Source: Lytechinus pictus (taxonomy: Eukaryota). From it: 64,000 nucleotides of DNA. The stretch covers positions 1,490,001 through 1,554,000 of the forward strand of contig NC_087252.1 in the NCBI RefSeq assembly GCF_037042905.1. Direction: 5' to 3'. The stretch's first letter is position 1. Each line of letters opens with the position of its first letter. The notes under the pieces were generated by a model that was not told the DNA's origin, searched no databases, and was given only the letters and a program-made list of their open reading frames with translations. The position numbers were made by a program, and so were the translations under genes. This document shows, piece after piece, positions 63,685 to 64,000 of this stretch.

Positions 63685-64000
63685 GCAGTGATGAATGGTG
63701 GTGATGATGATGATGATGGTGATGATGATGGTGGTGGTGGTGGTGATGATGAAGATGATGGTGATGATGATGGTGATGATGATGGTTATGATGATGGTGA
63801 TGGTGGTGATGATGATGATGATGATGATGGTTATGATGATGGTGATGATGATGATGATAATGATGATGATGGTGATGATGATGGTTATGATGATGGTGAT
63901 GATGATGATAATGATGATGATGGTGATAATGATGGTTATGGTGATGGTGATGGTGATGATGGTGATGGTGATGATGATGATGGTGGTGATGATGATGATG
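63685..64000 (+). repeat. (GAT/GGT)n microsatellite in intron 27, running off the window
   Basis: Triplet array. Confidence 0.96.

Overview
Eukaryotic, AT-rich, repeat-dense DNA. The repeat families suggest a marine invertebrate deuterostome, probably a sea urchin (inference). The window holds one gene on the + strand: the 5' part of a SORL1/SorLA (LR11, sortilin-related receptor) orthologue. I reconstructed 27 GT-AG exons by hand (12437-63654, 4297 nt, about 1432 codons) and every junction is phase-consistent. They encode signal peptide and furin propeptide, VPS10P propeller with 10CC, YWTD propeller, an 8-Cys EGF and eight LDL-A repeats; the gene continues past the window end. The upstream 12 kb holds a 6-kb nested transposon stack (a foldback element containing two hAT-like insertions), a (GAT)n array and a promoter-proximal hAT MITE. 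Introns carry Kolobok- and Harbinger-type MITEs, three Helentron-like (HINE) tandem-repeat elements, tRNA-derived SINEs, L2-type LINE fragments and microsatellites. I see no prokaryotic-type system, CRISPR array or intact transposase/RT. The best leads are: five local duplications of the gene's own exon boundaries (one with mostly synonymous divergence, one giving a stop after VPS10P); a near-identical inverted MITE pair bracketing an in-frame 411-nt exon block; mobile arrays of nuclear-receptor response elements; and a strong gene-body excess of TACATGTA/TACAGTA motifs. All coordinates and counts were read by eye.
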